Positions 49,391-60,773 of a stretch of 64,000 nt of DNA are shown piece after piece. The notes beneath the pieces were generated by a model, which was not told the origin of the DNA, searched no databases, and saw nothing but the letters and a program-made list of their open reading frames with translations. A program made the position numbers and the translations under genes. This DNA comes from a virus (lineage: Duplodnaviria > Caudoviricetes): IMG/VR virus record IMGVR_UViG_3300019370_000055, positions 1 to 64,000 of that record; one strand, 5' to 3'. How positions within the stretch are numbered: position 1 is the first letter of the stretch; each line of letters begins with the position of its first letter.

Positions 49391-51196
49391 TTAGTCGAAC
49401 ATAAAAGCAACAAAATCGCTTTCCTGAGACTCTTTCCCATTGTACTGTTTAGTAGAAGAAATATGCAGTATTTTTTCTGCTCTCGTAATTGCAACATACA
49501 TAAGCCGCTTTTCCTCATCAATATTATCACTTTTTTCATGAGGCAGTAATCCTTGATTGACTCCAGCAACAAATACAATCGGGAACTCAAGTCCCTTTGA
49601 TTTATGAATTGTCATAAGCTGAACAGAATTAGGATCGTGCTTCTTCTCCTTTGAAAACTTCATCATAAAGGAAATAAATCGCTTTGCATCATTGTAATTC
49701 GAGGCCATACGCTGAAGCGTATTCAAGTTATCAGTGCGGTTGTCATCGTTGTCACACAAATCCTTTGAAACATAAGAATCCAGATTCAACGTTTCCCGCA
49801 GATCAGCAATCATATCGGCAACTGTTTTATACTTTGATTCACTAATTGACTTGATTGTTGCATGAATACTATTTACACTATTCTTTACTTTCCAATTCGT
49901 TCTGCTTACTCTAAACATAGCACAATAAAGAGACATTTTTTCTTTTCTTGCAGTACGCTTAACTTCCTGTAAAAAAGACTGACCAAGATAACGATTAGGG
50001 CGATTATAAATATATTCAAATGCTTCATCATCATTTATATCGCAAACTAATCGCAGATAAGAAAGGACAATTTTAATTTCACGGCGATCAATAAATGACA
50101 TACCATCTACAATCGTATAAGGAATTTCACTACGATATAATGCTGTCTCAAAATTTTGTAGCTGTGCATTCGTCCTTGTTAAAATTGCAATGTCTTTGTA
50201 ATCATACCCAGCATTGATATACGTTTGAATTTTCTTTGCAATCTCGTTCGCTTCTTCGCTTTCATTATCATATCTTACATACTGTGGTTCTTCAAACTTA
50301 TCCTTATCGGCAACACTCTCAACATAATGCTTATGCTTTGATTCTGGAATACACTCAGCAAAATGATTTGCTGTTGTGACAATATCTTGACTGCTTCGAT
50401 AATTCTTGTTCAAGTGGATAACTCTTGCATTAGGCCAATCATCATCAAAATTCATCACAAATTTGTTATCACTACCCCGCCACATAAAAATATTCTGGAG
50501 AGGATCATCGACAACAAAAACATTTTTATACCTTGCACCAATCAGTTTGATAATTTCATACTGAACAGCGTTGGTGTCCTGCATCTCATCAGCCAAAATA
50601 AACTGATACTGCTCTTGACAATAGTGAAGCCCCTTTTCGTTTGTACTTAAAATCTCATAGCACTTTACCAGCATATCATCAAAATCTAACTGATTATGTT
50701 CGGACTTATATCTTTCATAATACTTATAAACCTTACCAAACTTTGTAGATGTATCTGGCTTTTTCATTTGATTCTTTTGAATCGAAATATAACTCAAAAT
50801 ATCTGCAATTTCTTGTCCATCTGGTTCCTTTTCTTTAAAATAATGTTGTAAAATTTCTTCAATGATTTTAACTTTTTTCCAGTCAGCATCTAAAATCTCA
50901 AAATCTTCTCGGTTAAACTTTCGTACAATACGAAATCCAAAAGAGTGAAAAGTTTCAACATTAATAAACTTCACATACCCCGGAATCATCTTGGTTAATC
51001 TCTCAACCATATTTTCTTTTGCTTTCTTGCTGAATGTAATCGCAAGAATCTTTCCGGGATCAACGTCATAATTCTCAATTAACTTTACAATTCGATTTAC
51101 AAGTACCCTTGTTTTACCACTACCAGCAGAAGCAATAACATTACAACATCCTTCGTAAAAATCAACTGCCTCTTGCTGAACTTTACTAAGTTCCAT
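49391..51196 (-). CDS. UvrD/PcrA-like SF1 helicase
   Basis: ASAGSGKT, TFHS, DEMQD, Q.IF.WRG, NYRS, MTIHKSKGLEF, YVAITRA. Confidence 0.95.
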   Translation of the reverse strand: MELSKVQQEAVDFYEGCCNVIASAGSGKTRVLVNRIVKLIENYDVDPGKILAITFSKKAKENMVERLTKMIPGYVKFINVETFHSFGFRIVRKFNREDFEILDADWKKVKIIEEILQHYFKEKEPDGQEIADILSYISIQKNQMKKPDTSTKFGKVYKYYERYKSEHNQLDFDDMLVKCYEILSTNEKGLHYCQEQYQFILADEMQDTNAVQYEIIKLIGARYKNVFVVDDPLQNIFMWRGSDNKFVMNFDDDWPNARVIHLNKNYRSSQDIVTTANHFAECIPESKHKHYVESVADKDKFEEPQYVRYDNESEEANEIAKKIQTYINAGYDYKDIAILTRTNAQLQNFETALYRSEIPYTIVDGMSFIDRREIKIVLSYLRLVCDINDDEAFEYIYNRPNRYLGQSFLQEVKRTARKEKMSLYCAMFRVSRTNWKVKNSVNSIHATIKSISESKYKTVADMIADLRETLNLDSYVSKDLCDNDDNRTDNLNTLQRMASNYNDAKRFISFMMKFSKEKKHDPNSVQLMTIHKSKGLEFPIVFVAGVNQGLLPHEKSDNIDEEKRLMYVAITRAEKILHISSTKQYNGKESQESDFVAFMFD

Positions 51197-51464
51197 TATC
51201 TTTTTCCTCCAAATTCATTATTGCTCCACAATGAGGACAATACTTAGTTTTTCGTTCATTCCACATATCACAACAGCTTGATACAACACCACTGGCTACT
51301 GATACGCCAGACCGATATTGTTTAACCCATTGTCCGTAATGAACAGGTATAGCTTCTATTTCCTGCTGCCTATTAATTACCGATAGCGCATTGGCCTGAA
51401 ACCCCGTACCACACATTGCATACATCATATCCTCATAAACAGCAGCACGATCAATCAGTTCCAT
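51186..51464 (-). CDS. Small Zn-ribbon phage protein
   Basis: MELIDR...G.W...KYCPHCGAIM. Confidence 0.7.
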   Translation of the reverse strand: MELIDRAAVYEDMMYAMCGTGFQANALSVINRQQEIEAIPVHYGQWVKQYRSGVSVASGVVSSCCDMWNERKTKYCPHCGAIMNLEEKDNGT

Positions 51465-52575
51465 CACGTTTCCCCCCTGTCCCATATTCTACTTCATATC
51501 CATATCGCTCTTTCATAGTATCTTGGTAATCTTTCTCCTGAACAGACGGTAACATTTTTATCACATCATCTGCTCCATATAGCAAAGTAATATCAGACAA
51601 TCGCTTAAACTGTTCTATGTAGTTACTGCCCAATGCTTCATTCTTTTCCAGACGTTTTTCTGCATTGGTATCCATAATGGCTTTTAGCACTACGCCAATC
51701 TCTTGCCGCCGCTGATCAATAGTTTTTTCATTAAAACTGCGCAAAATATTTTTACACTGTTCTTCATCAACACGCCACAATTCAAAAGCACGACATACAA
51801 ATAAAATCCCATGTTCTTTCATCATACGTGTCAACTCAGTATTGTAACGCAATGCTTTCTTCCCATACCACTTTTCACTATCAGATAAAATTTTAGCTTT
51901 GCGGCTGGCCTTTTCAACCAATTTTGAATACAACTTCATTTCATCATCTGTAGCTTTTCTGATCTCCGCTTGCTCAACAATGATATGTCCATTTTCAATC
52001 TCTGCCGTTGTAGGCATAACACCAATCATATGTGTCTCATTGTAAATCACACAATTCATTGCTGCCAGATACTTAATGCACCGCCGAATATAATCATCAA
52101 TTCGATTGTCAGCCTTGTTGAAATACTCTGAAAGAATATTTGCATCAAAGTCCATATCAATAACTACTGAATCCTGATTATATTTCATCTTGGTATAATT
52201 GGAATTTACCATGCTTACTACTTGTGCTAAATCTATAGATGTAATTACAGCCTTACGATCTTTATATCCCTCGCCAAAAAGAACCTCATATAAAATCAGC
52301 GGTGCAAGGTATTGATAAATCCCTTTGTGTATCTTGGAATCATACAATGACTTTGGGTACTTGTAGACCTCCAGCACCGTATACTTTCTGGTTGCTACAT
52401 CATACTCATAATCACAGTATCTTGCCAAAGTATCTAAGAACATACTTTGATGTTTTCCACTGGCGAATTTTTCTTTTCGATGATATGATCGCCGCTGCGC
52501 ATCAGAGCAGACCTTATCCACCAGCACACTTTCATTGTAGGTTCCCCGCTTTAGTCGAACTTCCCGTTTTTCGAT
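51451..52575 (-). CDS. Hypothetical protein (possible replication/DNA-binding protein)
   Basis: 358-aa ORF whose frame extends to an ATC at 52575 placed 8 nt after AAGGAG. Confidence 0.6.
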   Translation of the reverse strand: MEKREVRLKRGTYNESVLVDKVCSDAQRRSYHRKEKFASGKHQSMFLDTLARYCDYEYDVATRKYTVLEVYKYPKSLYDSKIHKGIYQYLAPLILYEVLFGEGYKDRKAVITSIDLAQVVSMVNSNYTKMKYNQDSVVIDMDFDANILSEYFNKADNRIDDYIRRCIKYLAAMNCVIYNETHMIGVMPTTAEIENGHIIVEQAEIRKATDDEMKLYSKLVEKASRKAKILSDSEKWYGKKALRYNTELTRMMKEHGILFVCRAFELWRVDEEQCKNILRSFNEKTIDQRRQEIGVVLKAIMDTNAEKRLEKNEALGSNYIEQFKRLSDITLLYGADDVIKMLPSVQEKDYQDTMKERYGYEVEYGTGGKRDGTD

Positions 52576-52886
52576 TTTTTACACTCCTTTCAAAATTGCC
52601 GAAGTTGCTCCTTCCACAAAAACGCCTGAAACCGTTGTGGCGCAACGGATACAGCGATTTTACCTATGTACTTTTTTGCCATAATTAAATATATATAATA
52701 TTATGGCCTTTTGGTACATACAGGAATCCCGCAGAAGCAAGCCAGTTTGGGGTTATTCTAAGACTTTTTTCTGGAGGACAACTATCAGATACAGCTATAT
52801 TATTTCATGAACTTGCCGTAAGGCAAGTGAATGACAGCGAAGGCAACGCTTCAGCGTTGGCAAGCTGAAATTATACCTCCCGCCAA

Positions 52887-53651
52887 TTAAAGCCCGTGGT
52901 TTTCAATAAAGGTATCCATTTCAGTTTGACTTCGTTTAATATAATGATAAGTGGTTTTAATATCATTATGCTGTAGGAACTGAGACACCATTACTTCATC
53001 TTGGGTATCAGTGCTGGTTGAAATCATATGATAAGGATTGGTTTTGCGTAAAGAATGCGTTCCCATGTGCATATCAATATTTAATGCTTTTGCCGCCCTC
53101 TGGAGCATACGCCGCATTCCATCAACTGACATAGGTTCTGTTGGTTTCTTTCCATTAGGGAAAAGCCAATCAGACATTTTGTACTGACCAAGAGTATTAA
53201 AGTATAATGTCAAGGCTTCTCTGGCCTTTGAGTTTAATAGCACTACAGATTTCTTACCCGTTTTTTGTTCGTGTTCAAATGTTACGTGGGTTTTAAAAGA
53301 CCCATCTGAGTTCAAAATATCATATACATGAAGTGCTAATATATCCCCCGCCCGTCTGCACATATTCAATGAGAACACAAAGTAAGTGTAATCACGAATA
53401 TTATTATTGGCCCATCCTTTACGACTCAAGAAGTAATTCTTCAACCGTTCAATATCATCCAGTGAACGAATAGGATCGGTGGGATTATGATTACAATGGT
53501 CATGCTCTACATAATCCTGATCCATAATAGGAGCAGCTACTTTTGGTACATTAATAGTTTTTTCCTGCATCAACCGTCCAAGCATTTCTTCCAGTTCAGG
53601 AGCAAAAGAAATGGTTACGTTTTCGGCATTGATAGATTTTTGAGTGTTCAT
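52887..53651 (-). CDS. Short tyrosine recombinase (catalytic domain only)
   Basis: R (RRAGD), K (EQKTGK), HSLRK, LQH and Y (YHY) all present. Confidence 0.9.
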   Translation of the reverse strand: MNTQKSINAENVTISFAPELEEMLGRLMQEKTINVPKVAAPIMDQDYVEHDHCNHNPTDPIRSLDDIERLKNYFLSRKGWANNNIRDYTYFVFSLNMCRRAGDILALHVYDILNSDGSFKTHVTFEHEQKTGKKSVVLLNSKAREALTLYFNTLGQYKMSDWLFPNGKKPTEPMSVDGMRRMLQRAAKALNIDMHMGTHSLRKTNPYHMISTSTDTQDEVMVSQFLQHNDIKTTYHYIKRSQTEMDTFIENHGL

Positions 53652-53734
53652 CGTGCAAAACCTCCGTTTTGATTGATTACACCGTTATTCGTTGAAATTA
53701 AAAACCGCCCAAATTAGGTGTCTTTCTATTATCT

Positions 53735-53763
53735 ATTATATATGATTCTATTTAAGAAGTCAA
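53735..53763 (-). promoter_or_regulatory. sigmaA promoter, leftward
   Basis: TTGACT-17 bp-TATAAT, flanked by two 16-bp motif copies. Confidence 0.8.
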
Positions 53764-54476
53764 GGACTTTTTTGATTAAACCGTTATTTATTTTTCATTA
53801 CTTTTACTGGTTATTGAAATAGCCGGGACACAAATTCCCCATTTTAGGGAATTTTATCGGTAATGCTTAAATCAGAAAATGCAATTTATTGTGGTCTGTG
53901 TAAGTTCGCAGTTGGCTACTTTTGCCCCATTTTAGGAATCTTCTCCGATGACATTTGCGATGACAAATTGCAGTTTGGATGTTGAGTAGGTGTACTTTAC
54001 CTTTTTGGGAAAAAGAAAAAGCCTTCAAAATGTAAACCATGCCCCACGTTGACACGGGAGGGATCACGGCGGGAGGCCGTGGCAGTTTGTCCCCATTTTG
54101 GGCGGGTTTGTTCGGCATACCACAAAAACCGAACAAACGGCAGCAGGACGGCAAACGGCAACAGGCCACGGCGGGAACGTCTACCAGATCAACAGGGGAG
54201 GCCGTGGCGGTTTTGTCCAGCCTGAAGGCCGTTTTATATGTCGCTTCGCCGTCTATCGCTTTTTAAGGCCGTTTCCCGCCTTTTTGACGTTCCCACATAT
54301 ACCAACATAGACAACCCCACAAAAGCCCATTAAACCGCCTTAAATCGCCGCATACAGGCCAGCGCATAAACAAGCCCTTCCCCGCTAATACTGGCACAAG
54401 CCGCAATATAACGGATTAGTCAATAATGCACAATTTAGGCTTTTGTTTTTTGTGCAATTTTGAAGCAAAAACGTTA

Positions 54477-54505
54477 TTGACTTTCCCGTTATGCGGTGCT
54501 ATACT
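54477..54505 (+). promoter_or_regulatory. sigmaA promoter, rightward (early operon)
   Basis: TTGACT-17 bp-TATACT with TG at -14/-15; overlaps a 16-bp motif copy. Confidence 0.8.
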
Positions 54506-55026
54506 TTAGCCATACCAAACGAGACAACAAACCGCCACAAATAAGCCGCTTGACATAGGAGGCAAGCGCAAGGGTGGGAGGCAAGGTCAGAGCCGTGAAC
54601 CTTGAAAATAGAATAGGCCGTTGATCCCCTGTTATATAGGCTTAAACACTGGTTGACGTGTCCCACGTGTGCAAGCTGGCCTTCCTTAATATAGGAAGTC
54701 TACTACTCTGGCGGTTGAAATACCGTCAATGGCGAAGTAAGGAATTGAGGGGATTTAATGAGGCCATAATAACGATTTATTCAATATTCCAGCACTTTAC
54801 CGGGCTATTGGAGCATAGCAGATCAAAAAGGCAGAAGGTAAACTGCGATAATTAAACCGAAAAATGATTGAATGATTGCATTTTGACAAACAAACCACAA
54901 TAAAAAATTGTTGGAGTCCATGCAATAGCTATAAATCACGTGTTTTTCTGAAGGGCTTTTCACGCACAAAAAGCCCTATCCCATGAACCATTAAACCACA
55001 ATAGAAAATTTATGGAGGTTTTCAAA

Positions 55027-55581
55027 ATGACAGTTAAAACAGAGTATCAGGCATGGGAGGCCGTTACCGCATTCTTCCCCGCAGAGTACAAAAAAGATGA
55101 AGAGTCCAGCGCAAAAGCGGGTTATCCCGTTTATAGAAGTATTAAAAATCACTATGATTATTTTTGTATGTTGGGCGATAGAATCGAAGTAAATTTTTCC
55201 AATGGCAAAACCGTCAACGTATGGATTAAACCCGATCCGAAGCCTGAAGTCAGGGAACATAAAAAAGAATCAGAATTAAAAGAAATTGCTGAAGGTATTA
55301 GTCAAGAAGTTGTTATCCGCACATATGAAAACGGCAGCAGTAGAGACACACGGCGCAAGGCAACGGCAAAAGAAAAAGCCATTATTTACCGTGTAGCATA
55401 TGGGGCATTGTTGGCATTAAATCACGGCGAAGATAGCAGATCGTCACGACTGGCAGAGCAAAAAATCATTGATACGGCAGAATTTACAATAGGTTTATTT
55501 ATTCCCGATTGTAACGGATATGACACAATGTATATTCCTCTGAAAAAGGCCGTTGCAAATTGGGCGAAGGAGGCCAAATAA
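55027..55581 (+). CDS. First early-region hypothetical protein
   Basis: GGAGG RBS; ORF track. Confidence 0.75.
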   Translation: MTVKTEYQAWEAVTAFFPAEYKKDEESSAKAGYPVYRSIKNHYDYFCMLGDRIEVNFSNGKTVNVWIKPDPKPEVREHKKESELKEIAEGISQEVVIRTYENGSSRDTRRKATAKEKAIIYRVAYGALLALNHGEDSRSSRLAEQKIIDTAEFTIGLFIPDCNGYDTMYIPLKKAVANWAKEAK

Positions 55582-58500
55582 TGAAAACGAAAAATATTGA
55601 CGTTCACGGCGTTTATAGCCTGTTTAACACTGGCGGGATCGAAGTACACATTGAAGAAGGTTATGATCCTTTTATCCTCTGGCGGTTTTCTATCATTGAC
55701 ACGGAGCCGCAAAAATGGCACAAGGCAAAAATCAACGACACGGCAGCAGGAAGGGCATATTTCCGGGCTAATGGCAAGCGGATTTATTTAGATCAAGTTA
55801 TGCATGTATAACGATATAATCAACAATAAAAGTAGCTGGCCTATCGGCATAACGGGGAGAAAGTGAAGGTAAATCATGAAATACAAAACGACAAAAAAGG
55901 CGATCCGGGAAATGGGCGATCCGGTTTATTGTGTCAGTTATTGCAATCTTCAAAATCTTTTGCGTTTCCGTGATCCGTTTGCCTATAGCACAAGGGCCGA
56001 AGGTTGGGCTTGTGATTATTACAGTTTAGGAAACGTGATTATTTCCACAGGCTATTCCCCCATAGGGCGCAAAACTGATTATAACCTTTGTCACGAATAC
56101 GATCAAAAAGCATATAAAATTTTACGTGATTATTCCCTGAAATGGGAGCAGCAACGGGATCAACTCGAAGCCTTGATTGAAGAATTTGTTCAGCGGTTGA
56201 CCAAAAAGAAAAAGGGATAAAATAGGCGGTTTTCTAAAGGGTTTTCCGCAACAAAAAGCCCTATTCCATGAAGCTATAAACTAAACGGAAAAATCAGGAG
56301 GTTTTATCATGACAAACCAGAATTTGACTTTTAACACGCTTGACAGTTACTTCCTTAATACTGGAAATATGCGCTTGAATATCGGTTATTTTCGGGATAG
56401 TGTACGGGATCAATTCGATATTGTCCAGCGTCACACAAACGGCGGAAACGGGAAAAGTCTGTTGACTGTAAATCTTGAAAATTCCCGCCGTTCGATCCGT
56501 TCCCTTGTATGGGAAGCGTTTGTAATTATGACTAATGACTATATCGAAAATGAGACAGGAAACAAGAAATTTTCTTGCACAAGTCAGCAGCTAAAAAAGT
56601 ACCTTGCAAAATATGGTTATACCATTGAAGAAGCCCTTCAACCTGTTATTGATGAAGTAACAAAGTGGAGAAATGACGTAAAAGCGGGGAAAGCGGTTTA
56701 ATAAAAGGAGAATAAAACAATGACATATTATCAGGTGAAGCCAGAGTATGACGGGAAAACTCTGTATAAAAAGTGTGGGGATCGTGGTTATAGAAACGGT
56801 TATAGAATCCCTAACGGCTATAATTTAATAGCTAATGAATTATTGACGGGAAAAGAAGTGGAAAAATTGAACGTGCCGCAAATGTGCGTTGATCCCGTCA
56901 ATATAAAAAAGACTGAAACATATTTCTGTTTTGGCGCACGTTTTCAAATGGAGAAGGAGGCGGTTTGAAGTGTACGCATTCAAAACCTATCGGAAAATTG
57001 ACGTTGCTATTAATGGCGTATATGCCTATAGCACAAGCGCATATAGAACGTGTAAAGAGGCTATAGCAGCACTACGGGAAAAACAAACCGTAATAGTTGC
57101 CAGCATTCCAGACTATACCGTGACAGTTAAACCAGAGGACAAAATAACGGCGCATTTTGCCAGACGATAAAAGGGAGCGGAAAAATGAAAATTTTAGAAA
57201 AGGCCATTTTGAAAAATGGCGTACACATTCAACTTGAGGACTGGAGAGAAAACAATACACCTAAATTTCCCAACTTGTATGGTTTAACTATAGCGGCCTA
57301 TCCCATAGCGGAAAGATCAGACGGTTATTGGATTAAAGGAGGCGAAGAATTTAGATTAGCAATTAGCTATAATCAATATACTAATTATACTAATGATATG
57401 GTATTAGCTGATTATAAAGCATTGATTAATGCGGAAAAGTCTCTTGAAGATTTAGCGGATCGCTTTTATAACGGCGAGAAGGACAAATGGCGGTTAGGTA
57501 TGTCAACAAACTACAGGCCACAATAAATTGGAGGACGGAAAAATGAAGATTAAAATTACATATAAAGTTTGTAGAGTGGAATTTTCCGCAACGGCAACTT
57601 GTGTATCTGAAGCGTATGAATACCTTCAAGCTATCATTAAAGCGAATGCAATTAATTTTCCCCGTCAAGCGGAAACACTGTCGGAGTATATGTGTATTCT
57701 TGTTAAAATCCAAAATGGAGAAACAATCAAAAGTGAAAATCATATCTTTAGACTTGAAAAAGTTGTGGAGGAAAAATCATGATTTATAACAATACCATTT
57801 CTGATATTGAAAGCAGCATTTTTGAGCCGTGGAGAATATGCGGAGAATATAAAGACGGTTTTTCTGTTACCGTGGGCGGGAATGATGAAGAAGATTGTAT
57901 GCAACGGCTGATTGACCTACAGGAAAAACACGGCGATTTAACGTGGTATTCTGGTTATACGGATCAAGATTATGCAGCGGGAGAATATATCAGCAGAGAA
58001 AATTTTATCTATGACTAAAAATGGAGGCTGGAAAAATGATTAAACATGAAATTGAAATGGTTTTACATATTGAAAGATACCCTAACCATTGCAAAGAATG
58101 TCCTATGTTCTATCAGCAGCCTTATTCATGCCATAATGAAAGAGGGATGGAAGGCGGTTGTCAATTAGGATATATGGCACATAGCGATACAAGGGATTTT
58201 TCAGGACATACGCTTTTTAAAGGTTGTCAGATTAAACAAAACAAAAATGTAATTCTTGATCTTTAATAGGGAGGCTGGAAAAATGGTAAAGTTTGAGATT
58301 AGACAGATTGACGCATGGGCAGAGGCCGAAGGCGGTTGGACGTGGAATAACTCTATAAAAGTAGGCGAATTTCAGACAAGAGCAGCAGATCAAAAGCGGG
58401 CTTTTCTATATGCCCTTCACAAGTTGGGGATCGTGTGCAAGCGTGGAAGGATGGCGGTTGTTTATGACGGTGATATTTATGAATTGCAAGATAGGCGCAC

Positions 58501-59143
58501 AAATGAACCGCTTTTTGCCGCTATTCCTTGTTAAATAAGAGGTTGAATTATGAAAATTGAATTTACCCAAAATGAAATAATATTCGCTAAAAAAGCATTG
58601 CAAGAGTGGAGTTGCGGAAAATTATTGTCAATACCTCCAGACATATTAACAATACTGTTAAAATTGGAAAATGCGGAAAAATGTCTTTCTAACAAGAGAG
58701 CGGACAGGGAAAGTAAGGAGGATACATAATGTTTCAAGAAGTATTTAATAACATTCTTTCTAATCTGGAATACGATAATATTAATTATGACGTTGTTACA
58801 GAATGCGGAAAAACTGTTATCAAAATCAAGTGTGAAAACGGAAAAATTGGGAAAATCATATTTGACGATACGGAGGAAAATAATGATTGTCTATAGTGTA
58901 ATTGGTTTTCCTATGGGTGGAGGTTGGGCAACATTTCATAAAGAATACAAACGGCGCAAAAATGCGGAAAAGCAACAGAAGAAGTTAGCAGTTAGCGGAA
59001 ATTTCAAAAGCGTTATGTTGCGGCAAGAGGAAATTCTTCTTAATAATGGAGAAGATTATATATCTATTGATAGTCCTCTTAATTCATTAGAGCATGACGC
59101 AAGCGGAAAAATCACAATGAAGGTATTTCATGCGGAAAAATAA
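55581..59143 (+). other. Cluster of about 13 small co-oriented hypothetical genes (e.g. 55581-55811, 55876-56220, 56309-56701, 56720-56968, 56970-57170, 57185-57526, 57543-57782, 57779-58018, 58036-58266, 58283-58534, 58883-59143)
   Basis: Tightly packed ORFs, most with GGAGG-type RBS; no recognisable domains. Confidence 0.75.
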
Positions 59144-59156
59144 GGAGGCTAATACA

Positions 59157-59864
59157 ATGAAAATCTATGCAAGACAGATTGAGCCGGAATTTCAGGATAG
59201 CAGGATTTTTGATGATGATACATATAGTACAGAGTATATCAATATATGCGGAAATAAGGACTACCAGAGCCGCACAAGCAGCGTTTTTGACAGGGTAAAG
59301 GAATGTCTTGACGCTGGAGAACTGGCAACGGAATTTGAATACATTGCAAAGAAAAGTATGTATGCAAGTTATGATACTGTTACAGAAGCAATCAATAATT
59401 GGTTGTACCATGACGGCGGAAAAACCTACAACAAACAGCAGATCGGAAAACTGAAGCGGCTTGTTTTGGAGTATAGCGAATGTAGTAGCAGTAGAGAGGA
59501 TCAAATTTTGGTTGAAGTTCTTTCTATTGTAACAGGAGAAGAATGGGACTATAAGCAAATCCACGGTTGTTGTCAGGGAGAATGGAATACCGTATATTAT
59601 CCTATCCAGTATTGGACAAAGGAAAGTCTTGAATCCTTTGAAGTAATGTACTTCAATAATGGATCGGAATGGATTGTCCATGATGGTGATACAGAGCCGA
59701 CAAACCCGGAAGAAATTGATGGTTGCGCTTACTATTGTGTGTCGTGGAATGATGAAGGCATTAAAAAGGAGTTAGCGGAGGCCGTGGGAGTGGAAAATCC
59801 TGAAGATATTATTCTTTACAAGTATGCTGGATCGGTTAGTGTTCCTATATACAAAGTAGCTTGA
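59157..59864 (+). CDS. Acidic hypothetical protein
   Basis: AAGGAGG RBS; 'IHGCCQGEW' motif. Confidence 0.75.
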   Translation: MKIYARQIEPEFQDSRIFDDDTYSTEYINICGNKDYQSRTSSVFDRVKECLDAGELATEFEYIAKKSMYASYDTVTEAINNWLYHDGGKTYNKQQIGKLKRLVLEYSECSSSREDQILVEVLSIVTGEEWDYKQIHGCCQGEWNTVYYPIQYWTKESLESFEVMYFNNGSEWIVHDGDTEPTNPEEIDGCAYYCVSWNDEGIKKELAEAVGVENPEDIILYKYAGSVSVPIYKVA

Positions 59865-60075
59865 CCATTGCGGAAAAATAAGGCCATACGGTAGAAGGGA
59901 AAACTGAAATGGAAACTTATTATGTAAAAACAAAGGACATTGCTTCTTTACAAGACGCATTAGGAAGAATGATTGAATTTGCTATGTTTATGGCAAAAGA
60001 GAGCGGATCACAAGATCGTGTCAATTATATAAATGAAATTTTAAAAGATGATGATATTGAAGTGGAGGTACAATA

Positions 60076-60357
60076 ATGGAAAAGGGTTTTAATGCGGAAA
60101 AGTTTATGGCCTATCTGGAGCAGGAATTTAATGGCATGGAAAACTGTATGTTGCGTCAGATTGTGGAAAATTTGATTAACTATGGACACAAGCATGAACA
60201 AGTTAGCAAGGATCAGTTTGTCCAGTGGTTAGCCGACATGATCCCCGAAGTATCTTTTGGTGAAGTTGCCGCTTTTATGGAGGATGATTGTTTGACAGAA
60301 AACGGCAAGCGGGAAAAACAAGCAGCCTTAAAGAATATCAAGTGGCCTATGTATTAA
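60076..60357 (+). CDS. Hypothetical protein
   Basis: GGAGG RBS; ORF track. Confidence 0.7.
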   Translation: MEKGFNAEKFMAYLEQEFNGMENCMLRQIVENLINYGHKHEQVSKDQFVQWLADMIPEVSFGEVAAFMEDDCLTENGKREKQAALKNIKWPMY

Positions 60358-60370
60358 TGGAGGTAGAAAT

Positions 60371-60625
60371 GTGAACTACATAGATAAAGAATGGGCAGAA
60401 CTTGAGCGGAGATCAGAAAAGATAGACAAGGTAGAAAAGATTGTACGGACTATTTCAGGTTGGGCAACGGCAATATTCTTTTTCTTGATTTTAGGAAAAG
60501 CTGGTGCTTCAGATTGTGGCGCACCGTGGGAAGAAATTTTCCCGTCAACATTTATCTATTGTGGATTGATGATCCTATCGTTTCATATATGGGAGTCCGC
60601 TGGAGGTAATTGTGTAAGCAAATAA
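60371..60625 (+). CDS. Small membrane protein (2 TM)
   Basis: Two hydrophobic segments; GGAGG RBS. Confidence 0.65.
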   Translation: MNYIDKEWAELERRSEKIDKVEKIVRTISGWATAIFFFLILGKAGASDCGAPWEEIFPSTFIYCGLMILSFHIWESAGGNCVSK

Positions 60626-60773
60626 CGACATACTCAATAAAGGATGGTGGAAACGTGACGTACATTATTTGTGGTATTCCTTGTATTGAAGTTTGTATGG
60701 AAAGTGACCACAAAAAATCATTCTTTTATGCAGGGAGGTATTTTGTAAAACTGTCAGATTATTATGAAGAGGA

